Below, piece by piece: positions 46,421-55,070 of a DNA stretch of 64,000 nucleotides (position 1 is its first letter; each line of letters starts with the position of its first letter). The notes under the pieces are model-generated. The model made no database searches. It was given only the letters and a program-made list of their open reading frames with translations, and was not told where the DNA came from. The position numbers and the translations under genes were made by a program. Source of the stretch: an uncultured Alphaproteobacteria bacterium (lineage in GTDB: Bacteria; Pseudomonadota; Alphaproteobacteria; Rickettsiales; JALZUV01); the NCBI GenBank assembly GCA_963837025.1, contig CAWILT010000002.1, positions 422,554-486,553 on the forward strand, given 5' to 3'.

Positions 46421-46981
46421 ATGTTGAACCGAATTTTAAAAGCAACTGCACTAATGGCCACTGCGGCTGCTGTGCTTGTAGCCCCACTCACCGCATCTGC
46501 ATTTAGCACTGATGATAAAAATGTGCTTGTTGATCAGCGTGATAACATCGTGCGCGATGCTCGCGGCAACTGCGTTTACGTTAAATGGACTGATAACGGC
46601 AATAATTGTGACGAAGGTATCTACTTCACCACTGATGAGCGTAATATCTATTTCCCATTTGATAGCTCAGAATTAACACCAAAAGCACAAGCTAAATTGG
46701 ATTATATCGCTGAAAACGTGCTTGCTAAAGGCAATGTGGTTGAAGCAACGCTTGTGGGTTATGCGGATCCAATTGGTAACCCAACTTATAACGTGGCACT
46801 TTCGAAGCGTCGCGCTGTATCGGTTAAACAGTATTTAGCGTCTAAAGGGTATTTAAACACCACAGCAACTACCCTTATGGGCAAAGGTGAAACATCACAA
46901 TTTGCACCCAATTGTGGTGGTAATAAAGCGTGTTTACAACCAAACCGTCGCGTAGAGATCTTGTTTAAAAAAGTAAACTAA
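46421..46981 (+). CDS. OmpA-family (OmpA_C-like) protein with a signal peptide
   Basis: Signal peptide ending ASA. The OmpA_C signature is present (F.FDSSELT..A...L, GYAD.IG...YN..LS.RRA..V..YL, NRRVEI). AGGAG Shine-Dalgarno present. Confidence 0.85.
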   Translation: MLNRILKATALMATAAAVLVAPLTASAFSTDDKNVLVDQRDNIVRDARGNCVYVKWTDNGNNCDEGIYFTTDERNIYFPFDSSELTPKAQAKLDYIAENVLAKGNVVEATLVGYADPIGNPTYNVALSKRRAVSVKQYLASKGYLNTTATTLMGKGETSQFAPNCGGNKACLQPNRRVEILFKKVN

Positions 46982-47003
46982 ATTTACTTTATAATTTAAA
47001 AAA

Positions 47004-47030
47004 AGGGGGGCGTTAAGCCTCCCTTTTTTT
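47004..47030 (+). terminator. rho-independent terminator
   Basis: ggggggc-gttaa-gcctccc hairpin followed by a T7 run. Confidence 0.75.
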
Positions 47031-47129
47031 ATGCTTTCTGCCATCAATCTGAAACATAATCTTCATGCAACCGTAACACTTTACTCGCGCGTTATTTAGT
47101 AGAATGGAATGGAATAAATAGGAGTTTCA

Positions 47130-48845
47130 TTGAACGAAAACGAACAGCTTGAATTTGATCCACACGCGATAGATCACGGCAGCGCATCCAAAAAGATGAG
47201 CTGGAGCGCCTTTAAAGGGCACATCCGTGGCATCGTGCGTGGGTTGATTGTTGGCTGCACCATCGGTGCGGTAGTCGGCTTAGGCGTGTGGGGTTTGGGT
47301 GCAATTGGGCTTATCGGGGCTTTAACCGCAACTGCCGCACAAACTGCCGCCGTTTTTTCCGTAACTGCAGGCGTCCTTGCCAGTAGCTTGATGGGTCGTA
47401 TCGGTAATGCCGCAGGTAACGCTGCAGGTCAACTCGCTGAACAAGAGCTACGCTTGCGCTACCCCGAGCTGCCTGAGCTTTCGCCTGATGCTCCACAACC
47501 TGGCTACGGTCACCATCTTGAGATTCCAGCCGATCGCGATAAGGGAAAATTCTTCCACCCGCGCGTTGGCATTGCAGGCGCTATCATGGGCGGGCTATTT
47601 GGTGGTATTGCAAGTATTGCTGGTTTAGGTTCAATCATTGCCATGCACACTACCGCAGTTGTAGCCTTACCAGTACTTGCTCCGGTCATATTAGGCGCAG
47701 TGATGGGCAGTTCGTTTGGGGTAAATCGCAGCGTATTTAAAACCATCTTCAACTTCACTGACAATCTGATGCACGGAAAAGTGGGAGGCCCCACTCAAGA
47801 TGATCTTGCTAAAAACCGCGAGCTATACCGCTTGCAAGGCGACCCCGGGCCCGAACCCGTTATCACCAACTTGCAAAGGCAAGAAGAATTCTACCGTTTA
47901 GAAAACGGCTATTTCAAAAAAGCGTTCGAAGCGGGCTTTGCTGGCAACGGGCGCGGTTTGCTAGGTGGACTTGTTATCGGCGGCGGTATGGGCATATTAC
48001 TAGGCGGCGTGGCTGTTGGCGCGCTTGCATTATTTGGTGGCTTTGCCATTACCGGTGCTGGTGCGATGGCTATCATTGCGGGCATATCTGCTTTCACCAT
48101 GCATAAATCAGCGGATTTCTTTTCGGAAGCTATGTTTGAAGGCTCAAGCCATGATCACGTACACGAAGTCTATCACGAGCGGGTTCGGTCTTTGCGCAAA
48201 GGCGAAAATATCAGTTTCGATCAAGCCGAGATGAATATTGTTGAGCGCCGCCAATCTGACCCTGAATTAACGCCGGCCGCTTCACAATCGAAAGATGCGT
48301 TTAAGCCGCGTGTTGCATTGGTATTAGGGGCTGTTGGTGCTGCCATAGGCGTTGGTTTAACCCCAGTTATAGGCCCTATAGCTGGGGCTTTAGGGATTTC
48401 AGCGGGTAAAATATCATTAGGATTAAGCGCTTCAACTTTTGGTATGGCGGGCGCGTCGTTTGGTATTGGTCCCAAAATTACGGAGAAACTGCATAGTTTA
48501 TCAGACGCCATTTTTCACGGCGCATTCAACCCCGGTGTTGACCATCCAGATATTAAGGTCGAGGGCAGAATCCCCCTTATGTCGCCAAATTCTGATTTAG
48601 CAGAACATTTCAGCGTGCATCTTAAAAAATCAATCCCACAGATTGATAGTAACCGCGATGTGTCAGCTATCTATAAAGCACCCGCTGAACCACAATCCAC
48701 AGTCCAATCCGAAACACCTCTAGTTACGCCAGAAGTTAAACCAGAGCGTAAGCCCGCATTTACCGATATTATCAATAAAGGTGCGCGCAATTTAGAACAG
48801 CAAGTGTCGCAATCTATCGCTGCGCCGTCAGGGTTGGATCGCTAG
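47130..48845 (+). CDS. hypothetical polytopic membrane protein with four repeated glycine-zipper TM-hairpin modules
   Basis: TTG start with an AGGAG Shine-Dalgarno 5 nt upstream. It has four Gly/Ala-rich bilobed hydrophobic segments. Three of them end in a similar amphipathic motif (FTDNLMHG / FFSEAMFEG / LSDAIFHG). Confidence 0.75.
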   Translation: MNENEQLEFDPHAIDHGSASKKMSWSAFKGHIRGIVRGLIVGCTIGAVVGLGVWGLGAIGLIGALTATAAQTAAVFSVTAGVLASSLMGRIGNAAGNAAGQLAEQELRLRYPELPELSPDAPQPGYGHHLEIPADRDKGKFFHPRVGIAGAIMGGLFGGIASIAGLGSIIAMHTTAVVALPVLAPVILGAVMGSSFGVNRSVFKTIFNFTDNLMHGKVGGPTQDDLAKNRELYRLQGDPGPEPVITNLQRQEEFYRLENGYFKKAFEAGFAGNGRGLLGGLVIGGGMGILLGGVAVGALALFGGFAITGAGAMAIIAGISAFTMHKSADFFSEAMFEGSSHDHVHEVYHERVRSLRKGENISFDQAEMNIVERRQSDPELTPAASQSKDAFKPRVALVLGAVGAAIGVGLTPVIGPIAGALGISAGKISLGLSASTFGMAGASFGIGPKITEKLHSLSDAIFHGAFNPGVDHPDIKVEGRIPLMSPNSDLAEHFSVHLKKSIPQIDSNRDVSAIYKAPAEPQSTVQSETPLVTPEVKPERKPAFTDIINKGARNLEQQVSQSIAAPSGLDR

Positions 48846-49352
48846 ATGGCATTTGAAACCGCAAAATCACTTCTAACCGGTGCATCACGTGGCGCTCTAC
48901 GTGGCGCTGGCGTGGGTTTAGGCATCATGATGGTTGGTGGAATTATTGGCGCACTAACCATTTTCACCGCTGGGGCAGGTACATTAGGATTAGGCGCCCT
49001 CGCATTTACCGTTATTGCAGGCGCTATTGGAGGAGTCGTCGCCATTCCGCCGCTTACATTATTGGTTACCGGTTCATGCGCCGCCATTGGAGCATGTTAT
49101 CGTGGCGTATCCGATTTTGTCGATATGGCTGAAACGGTACAGGAAAAAGATACCCAAGTAGCCATCACACGCCAAGCAAACGAATCCGCAAAAAAACCGC
49201 CTAGCGTTAGCACTCATCTGACTCAGCCCATCATTGAAGATAAATTGCCCAGCTCAATCGATTCTAAAGAAATTCCTAAAAACTGGGTCAAATCCGTGAA
49301 CGCGCAAAAAGACAAATCGATGGCACAATCACAATCAGTTCCTAGCAAATAA
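48846..49352 (+). CDS. hypothetical membrane protein with one glycine-zipper module (paralogous to the upstream gene's modules)
   Basis: The ATG directly abuts the upstream stop codon. It has a Gly-rich hairpin (GVGLGIMMVGGIIGALTIFTAGAGTLGLGALAFTVIAGAIGGVVAI) followed by the VSDFVDMAE motif. Confidence 0.7.
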   Translation: MAFETAKSLLTGASRGALRGAGVGLGIMMVGGIIGALTIFTAGAGTLGLGALAFTVIAGAIGGVVAIPPLTLLVTGSCAAIGACYRGVSDFVDMAETVQEKDTQVAITRQANESAKKPPSVSTHLTQPIIEDKLPSSIDSKEIPKNWVKSVNAQKDKSMAQSQSVPSK

Positions 49353-49541
49353 ACTCTTTAAATTATTCGCCAAAACCTAATTTTACTTTAAATAATAGTG
49401 CGCCATTAACAAAGGCGTTTTTGTTGCGCTGGCATACGCACGTTTTCGACAGCGCATACAATAATCTTTATATTATCATTTGCTCCAGCGCAAATATCAA
49501 TCCACGCTCATCAGCAATCTCGTGCATTTCAATATAATGTA

Positions 49542-50417
49542 TTAGTTCCACTTAGAAATACTCTGCAAATATTTACCGTATGGACTAGACGAAAATTCCT
49601 GCGCTAAAGCGTGTAATTGTTCACGCGATATGGTTTGGCGCATAAATGCAGCCTCTTCAATACAACCAATTTTCAAACCCATTTGTTTTTCAACAATGCG
49701 AATAAAATTACCTGCATCAAGCAAGTTTTCAAATTGTCCTGCATCCATCCATGTGGCGCCACGGCTTAAATATTTAGCATTAATATTGCCCTCGTTTAAA
49801 TATAAACTATTTAGATCCATAATCTCTAACTCGCCACGAATTGATGCCGCTAACGATTTTGCCTTTTCAACCACGCTATTATCATAAAAATATAATCCAA
49901 TAGCGGCCATGTCACTGGTTGGATGCGTAGGCTTTTCTTCAAGCGATGTAATTGCACCGCTCTTATCACGATTAATAATTCCAAACGAACGGGGGTCGGT
50001 CACGTGCGCCCCAACCAGCCAAGCGCCTTTTTCTAATTGCATGCAATCATTAAAAAATTGGGTAAAATTAGCCATGTGCAAAATATTATCGCCTAAAATC
50101 ATGCATACCGCATCATCGCCAATAAAATCTTCACCAACAATAAAAGCATCAGCTAAACCTTTAGGCTCAGCCTGCACTTCATAGCGAATACGCACTCCTA
50201 AACGTGTGCCATCGCCAATTGCATCATATAATAACGGCACGTCACGCGGGGTGCTAATAATTAAAATATCCGTGATTCCCAAAAGCAAAAGGGTGCTAAG
50301 CGGATAGTAAATCATCGGTTTATCATAAACGGGTAAAAGCTGCTTACACACAAAATCAGTAATCGGCTTTAGGCGTGTGCCTTTGCCGCCTGCTAAAATA
50401 ATACCTTTTTTAATCAT
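49542..50417 (-). CDS. rfbA: glucose-1-phosphate thymidylyltransferase
   Basis: Contains KGIILAGG.GTRL.P.T....KQLLPVYDKPMIYYPLS..L..GI..ILIIS, the RmlA signature. Confidence 0.92.
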   Translation of the reverse strand: MIKKGIILAGGKGTRLKPITDFVCKQLLPVYDKPMIYYPLSTLLLLGITDILIISTPRDVPLLYDAIGDGTRLGVRIRYEVQAEPKGLADAFIVGEDFIGDDAVCMILGDNILHMANFTQFFNDCMQLEKGAWLVGAHVTDPRSFGIINRDKSGAITSLEEKPTHPTSDMAAIGLYFYDNSVVEKAKSLAASIRGELEIMDLNSLYLNEGNINAKYLSRGATWMDAGQFENLLDAGNFIRIVEKQMGLKIGCIEEAAFMRQTISREQLHALAQEFSSSPYGKYLQSISKWN

Positions 50418-50870
50418 TACTTTCACCACGTGTTCTAACCGGTTTTAACTTAACGATATAACATTTGAATGCAAATGCATTCAAAGCGAACCAAAACGTT
50501 ATCTTAGCAAAAATTTTCCATTAATAATTTACGCATTTAAAGAAATTTATGAATAAAAACTAATGCCACCAATATAACTCAAACTTTTCTAGCTTCATGA
50601 TCAATAACAGACTCTAACCTCAACACTGCTATATTTTCTATTTCAACACTTTACCATACTAAACATATTTTAAAATCTGTTACTTAAGCTAGTATAAAGA
50701 TATGTGAGAGATATCTGGAAAAAGAAATACATATATAATTTTTGTTAATACCGAGTAAATGATATATCGAATGTGTGTGATACTAAATCTTGAGAAATTT
50801 ATTCAAAAATTATGTTATATAACAATTTAAATAAGTTGTTTTTAAAATAGGTTAATAGAAGGAATAAAGG

Positions 50871-51728
50871 ATGAAAAATCAGCTTTCTATTGTTACTGTA
50901 GCTTTTAATAGCGCTAAAATTCTGCCTGCATTGTTGGATGAAATATCTACGCTTGAGCATGATATTATCATTATTAATAACAGCAGTGAGGATAACCTCG
51001 TTGAAATTGCATCCCGTTATAGCAGCGTTAAAATAATAGAAAATCAGAACACTGGCTATGGTAGGGGCGCGAATATAGGTTTCTCCCATACACATAGCAA
51101 ATATGTAGCTTTAATAAACCCAGATGTGAGACTGGAGCCAAATATTTTTCAAAAACTAATTGATGTTATGGAATCAAATGAAGAGATTGCCGTTATTGCA
51201 CCAAGAAGTTATGAATATAAAAATTCAAAAAAACTATATCAAAAATCTCTTAGCTTTGACAATAATGGGCTTTGTTTTATAGATACAGTTTCAGGGGCAT
51301 TCATGTTAATTCGCAAAGATGCGTTTGATTCTATAGTAGGTTTTGATAATAATATTTTTTTATTTTTTGAAGAAAATGATTTATGCAGGAGATTATCTAA
51401 GCAAGGATATAAAATTGCTATTCATGAGCATTCTGAATATGAACATGAAGAAGGTAATTCTTCAGGAATTAATGCCACAATTAGAAAGATTAGAGCTTGG
51501 CATTTTGCATGGTCTGGCTGTTATTTTACCGAAAAACATAATGGTAAATGTGCAGCTATAAAAAAAGCTGTAAGAATAATTCTTTTAAATGGAATAAAAG
51601 CTATTATAAAAACGGCTGCTTTTCAACATTACAAAGCTACTGCCCACTTTTACAAGTTACGTGGTGGTTTTGATTTCTTAATTGGCAAAAAAGCATTCGA
51701 TAACGATGGTAAAGCTAGATATACATAA
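50871..51728 (+). CDS. family 2 glycosyltransferase
   Basis: The GT2 pattern is present (SIVTV.FNS ... IIIINNSSED ... N.GYG.GAN.G ... INPDV). AT-rich gene. Confidence 0.8.
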   Translation: MKNQLSIVTVAFNSAKILPALLDEISTLEHDIIIINNSSEDNLVEIASRYSSVKIIENQNTGYGRGANIGFSHTHSKYVALINPDVRLEPNIFQKLIDVMESNEEIAVIAPRSYEYKNSKKLYQKSLSFDNNGLCFIDTVSGAFMLIRKDAFDSIVGFDNNIFLFFEENDLCRRLSKQGYKIAIHEHSEYEHEEGNSSGINATIRKIRAWHFAWSGCYFTEKHNGKCAAIKKAVRIILLNGIKAIIKTAAFQHYKATAHFYKLRGGFDFLIGKKAFDNDGKARYT

Positions 51729-51731
51729 AAA

Positions 51732-52796
51732 ATGAAAATACTATTTGTAGGTAATAGAAATTTAAAGCATTGCGGTGCTCGATACTATGATTCTGGTACA
51801 AAAATTATTAACGGATTAATCAGAGAAGGTCATAATGTTTATGTGATGTGTGATCGTGACATTGCACGCAACCATAAAATCCTCGGAATTAAATCTTTTG
51901 GAGTGAAATACTGCAATGAATTCTTCCTTAAAACCTGTATAAATTTTAAACCTGATATGGTTTTATTTCACCATGCTGATTTAATAACCATTGAAACTAT
52001 TAAAGAAGCAAAATCAGTTCTTACTCATGCAAAATTTGCGCAGTTTAATGTTGATATAATCTTTAGCCCACATAATATTGAAAATATAAAATCTAAGCTG
52101 CCCTATTTAGATGCTAGCTTTCATACTACGGCGGGAAAAGCACTTAAGGTTTTCTCTGGTTACAGAGCGATTATTAGCTACATTCCTAATCCGGTTGATT
52201 CATCGATAGACACCCCTAAATGCCATGAAAGTTCTAATCAAGAATACGACATATTTTGGGCAATGAGGGTAGGCAAAAGAACATTTAAAGGTGATAAACG
52301 TTTAGAATATCCCTTATTTTTAGAAAAAAATGAATCAGTAAAAATTGATTATTATGGGATGAATGGCAGGCCGCTATTATTTAATGCCGAATATTATCAA
52401 AAAATATCAAATTGTAAAATGGGGTTAAATATTAGCAGCAATAAAACGCTAGACGATAGTGAAGTAGCTAAACCAGAAGACCTATATCTTTACTCATCCG
52501 ACAGAATTTCCCAATATATGGGAAGTGGGCTTTTAACATTTGCATCAAGAGAAAACAGCCTACATGAATTATTTATAGAAGATAAAGAAATAGTATTTTT
52601 TGATTCAAAATATGAATTATTAGATAAAATTATGTATTATAAAAAAAATGATTCTGAACGTAAAAAGATAGCTGCAGCAGGCTGGCAAAAATCGCACACT
52701 CATTTCAACGAAAGGATCATTTCGAAATATATGGTGGAAACCACAATGCAAAAAAAATATAGTGAAAATTATCTTTGGCCAATTGATAAATACTAA
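51732..52796 (+). CDS. CgeB-like glycosyltransferase (Glyco_trans_1_2-type C-terminal domain)
   Basis: The C-terminus (VFFDSKYELLDKIMYYKKNDSERKKIAAAGWQKSHTHFNERI) matches the CgeB/YkvP-type pattern as I remember it. I counted 31 G+C in the first 100 nt. Confidence 0.6.
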   Translation: MKILFVGNRNLKHCGARYYDSGTKIINGLIREGHNVYVMCDRDIARNHKILGIKSFGVKYCNEFFLKTCINFKPDMVLFHHADLITIETIKEAKSVLTHAKFAQFNVDIIFSPHNIENIKSKLPYLDASFHTTAGKALKVFSGYRAIISYIPNPVDSSIDTPKCHESSNQEYDIFWAMRVGKRTFKGDKRLEYPLFLEKNESVKIDYYGMNGRPLLFNAEYYQKISNCKMGLNISSNKTLDDSEVAKPEDLYLYSSDRISQYMGSGLLTFASRENSLHELFIEDKEIVFFDSKYELLDKIMYYKKNDSERKKIAAAGWQKSHTHFNERIISKYMVETTMQKKYSENYLWPIDKY

Positions 52797-53101
52797 AAGC
52801 ATAATATATTATCGTTGCAAAAGGTTACCGATTAAAGAGTAATAATGAGTTAATTTTGGAAGATAATTAATTCTTAGCCAAAGCCATCAAGCGTGCTAAA
52901 TTTTTAATTAATCATCTAATATTAAGATCAAAAAAAACTATGATTTAGCCAATAAAAAAACAGCACAAATAACTAATAAGTTTATATAATCTTAATTTAA
53001 ATGATGTTTCAAAGGTAAATCAATTAAGTGGCTATCATTAATCTGTATCAAAACCGTTTGTGTCTCTGAGAAAAAATAAACTTACTAGAAATACCTAAAA
53101 C

Positions 53102-53176
53102 TGGTGCCACCTACAAGAATCGAACTTGTGACCTCTTCATTACCAATGAAGCGCTCTACCCCTGAGCTAAGGCGGC
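53102..53176 (-). tRNA. tRNA-Thr (anticodon GGT), CCA encoded
   Basis: The reverse complement folds into a cloverleaf: acceptor GCCGCCT/AGGTGGC, D arm GCTC/GAGC, anticodon stem CTTCA/TGAAG with loop TTGGTAA, and T arm ACAAG-TTCGATT-CTTGT. Confidence 0.9.
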
Positions 53177-53189
53177 CGATGTTTAGGGG

Positions 53190-53218
53190 TTCATACAACA
53201 ATGCGGTATAGCTCGCAA
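53190..53218 (-). promoter_or_regulatory. candidate sigma70-type promoter for tRNA-Thr (TTGCGA - 17 nt - TATGAA on the minus strand)
   Basis: The hexamers and spacing were counted by hand. The -10 ends about 13 nt upstream of the mature tRNA 5' end. Confidence 0.35.
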
Positions 53219-53316
53219 GTATCTTAATGAAGCCTCACTACATTCAGATATTATTTAAAAGAGTCTTACGTAATGCACATTGAAAAAACGCTAGAAATAG
53301 TCTATAGTTTCTAGGC

Positions 53317-53454
53317 ATGAAAAATCCCTCAGATAAGCCAGCATCACTTGATGTAAAAAAGCCAAAACCGCAGCTTGCCGCTGCATTGCGCGCGAACTTA
53401 AAGCGCCGTAAGGCCGCTGCCCCTGCGAAGAAGGGCTCCAATAGTGAGCCATAA
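53317..53454 (+). CDS. possible very small basic protein (45 aa)
   Basis: ATG-initiated ORF MKNPSDKPASLDVKKPKPQLAAALRANLKRRKAAAPAKKGSNSEP. It is absent from the ORF track, which appears to list only ORFs of about 60 aa or longer. It is preceded by the inverted repeat ctagaaa...tttctag. Coding status is unproven. Confidence 0.3.
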   Translation: MKNPSDKPASLDVKKPKPQLAAALRANLKRRKAAAPAKKGSNSEP

Positions 53455-53749
53455 GCCACCCAAACATCCCCATACTGCAAAAGAGAAAAAAGCGGCACGC
53501 ACGGCAAAAAATCGTGCTTTGTTTGAAATTTTTACCGTTGCCAATCGTGCAGCCGATAAATCCGATGTGGGGACGCCTGAAATTATCGCACATGCAGAGC
53601 CACAAAAAACGATGGTAGAGCTAAAAGAGGAAGATGCGCTGGAACGCGTACAGCAAATTCGTAACCGTATTTCAGGCCGAAGCCGCGCCTCAAAAGATAA
53701 GTGGAATCGCTTTGCCGGCACTTCTGGCGGCGGTGGTCGCGGCCGATAA
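53444..53749 (+). CDS. hypothetical basic/charged protein (101 aa)
   Basis: GTG-start ORF with K/E/A/R-rich plausible protein sequence ending in a GGGGRGR tail. The three overlapping minus-strand ORFs are R/S/C-rich and look like antisense noise. Confidence 0.4.
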   Translation: MSHKPPKHPHTAKEKKAARTAKNRALFEIFTVANRAADKSDVGTPEIIAHAEPQKTMVELKEEDALERVQQIRNRISGRSRASKDKWNRFAGTSGGGGRGR

Positions 53750-53790
53750 TTATGCCTGACAACCTCTAAAATTAATGCTACGCAAGAGCG

Positions 53791-54021
53791 ATGGAAAGCG
53801 ATATAACACAGTTTGTTCAATCGGAAATGGGCTTCATTTTTGCTATTGGAATGATTGTAGTGGGGCTGGCCGATTTAGCCAGCGGCATCTACATCATGCG
53901 CCACCGCCCCGATTTAATGCCCCTCCCGCCCGAAAAAATTAAAACCTTCATGACCGCCATTTATTTCATCGCAAGTCTACTGGTGCTTACAGGGTTTTAC
54001 ATGCTGTATTTGAGGATTTAA
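53791..54021 (+). CDS. small 2-TM membrane protein (76 aa)
   Basis: Two clear hydrophobic helices (FIFAIGMIVVGLADLASGIYI, FMTAIYFIASLLVLTGFYMLY). Its stop abuts the tdh start. Confidence 0.5.
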   Translation: MESDITQFVQSEMGFIFAIGMIVVGLADLASGIYIMRHRPDLMPLPPEKIKTFMTAIYFIASLLVLTGFYMLYLRI

Positions 54022-55056
54022 ATGATGAAAGCTCTGGTAAAAGATAAAGCGGAACAGGGCATTTGGATGCGGGAGGTGCAAAAGCCTGTAATCGCACCAC
54101 ATGAGGTGTTGATTCGCACGCATTTTACCGGCATTTGCGGTACCGATATTCACATTTATAATTGGGATGAATGGGCGCAGAAGGTCATTCCGCTGCCACT
54201 CACCATTGGTCATGAATTTGTGGGCGAAATTGTGCAAATGGGCAGCGAGGTGCATGGCTACAGCATCGGCCAAATTGTGAGTGCTGAAGGGCATGTAACC
54301 TGCGGCCATTGTCGCATGTGCTTTGCCGGCAAACGCCACTTATGCCGCAATACAGTGGGTATTGGCGTGCACCGCAACGGCGCTATGGCTGAGTTTGTGG
54401 CCGTGCCCTACAGTAATTTATGGAAAACGCGCCCTGAAATTCCTGAAGAATTTTATGCCATATTCGATCCTTACGGCAACGCCGTCCACACCGCTGCCAG
54501 CTTCGATTTGCTGGGCGAAGACGTGCTTATAACCGGTGCTGGCCCTATTGGCTGCATGGCCGTAGCCATCGCTAAACATTCCGGCGCGCGCAAAGTGGTT
54601 ATCACCGATGTAAATGAATATCGCCTTGATTTAGCCCGCCAAATGGGTGCCACCCAAGCCATTAATGTGCAGCATAAAAGCCTTCGACAGGTGATGGACG
54701 AAGAAGGTATGATCGAAGGGTTTGATGTAGGGCTGGAAATGTCTGGCAACTCTCAGGCCTTTGCCGATATGATTAAATTTTCGCGCAATGGAGCTAAAAT
54801 TGCGCTACTGGGTATCCTGCCACAATCCACCCAAATTCCGTGGGATGAGGTGTGTTTTAAAGGTCTTGAAATTAAAGGCATCTATGGCCGCGAAATGTTT
54901 GAAACCTGGTATAAAATGCAAGCCATGTTGCAAAGCGGCCTCAATATTTCGCCAGTACTAACACACCAATTTGCCTATAGCGATTTTCAAGAAGCGTTCG
55001 ACATCATGCGCACCGGCCAAAGCGGAAAAATCGTACTCGATTGGCGCAACATTTAA
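54022..55056 (+). CDS. tdh: L-threonine 3-dehydrogenase
   Basis: Zn-ADH family with the Tdh-typical sequence (MKAL.K......W...V..P......L.+.....ICGTD.HIY.WDEWA......P...GHEF.G). Confidence 0.9.
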   Translation: MMKALVKDKAEQGIWMREVQKPVIAPHEVLIRTHFTGICGTDIHIYNWDEWAQKVIPLPLTIGHEFVGEIVQMGSEVHGYSIGQIVSAEGHVTCGHCRMCFAGKRHLCRNTVGIGVHRNGAMAEFVAVPYSNLWKTRPEIPEEFYAIFDPYGNAVHTAASFDLLGEDVLITGAGPIGCMAVAIAKHSGARKVVITDVNEYRLDLARQMGATQAINVQHKSLRQVMDEEGMIEGFDVGLEMSGNSQAFADMIKFSRNGAKIALLGILPQSTQIPWDEVCFKGLEIKGIYGREMFETWYKMQAMLQSGLNISPVLTHQFAYSDFQEAFDIMRTGQSGKIVLDWRNI

Positions 55057-55070
55057 TAGCGTCGCTTGCC

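Noticed and set aside
50555-50580. A possible att-type direct repeat of the tRNA-Thr 3' end at the far side of the low-GC islet.
   Set aside because: Only a 7-nt match (tgccacc) is present, which is far too short to distinguish from chance. No integrase gene is present.
53244-53820. Three overlapping minus-strand ORFs (87, 104 and 140 aa).
   Set aside because: They are mutually exclusive frames with antisense-type composition. The plus-strand ORFs look more protein-like, although even those are given low confidence.
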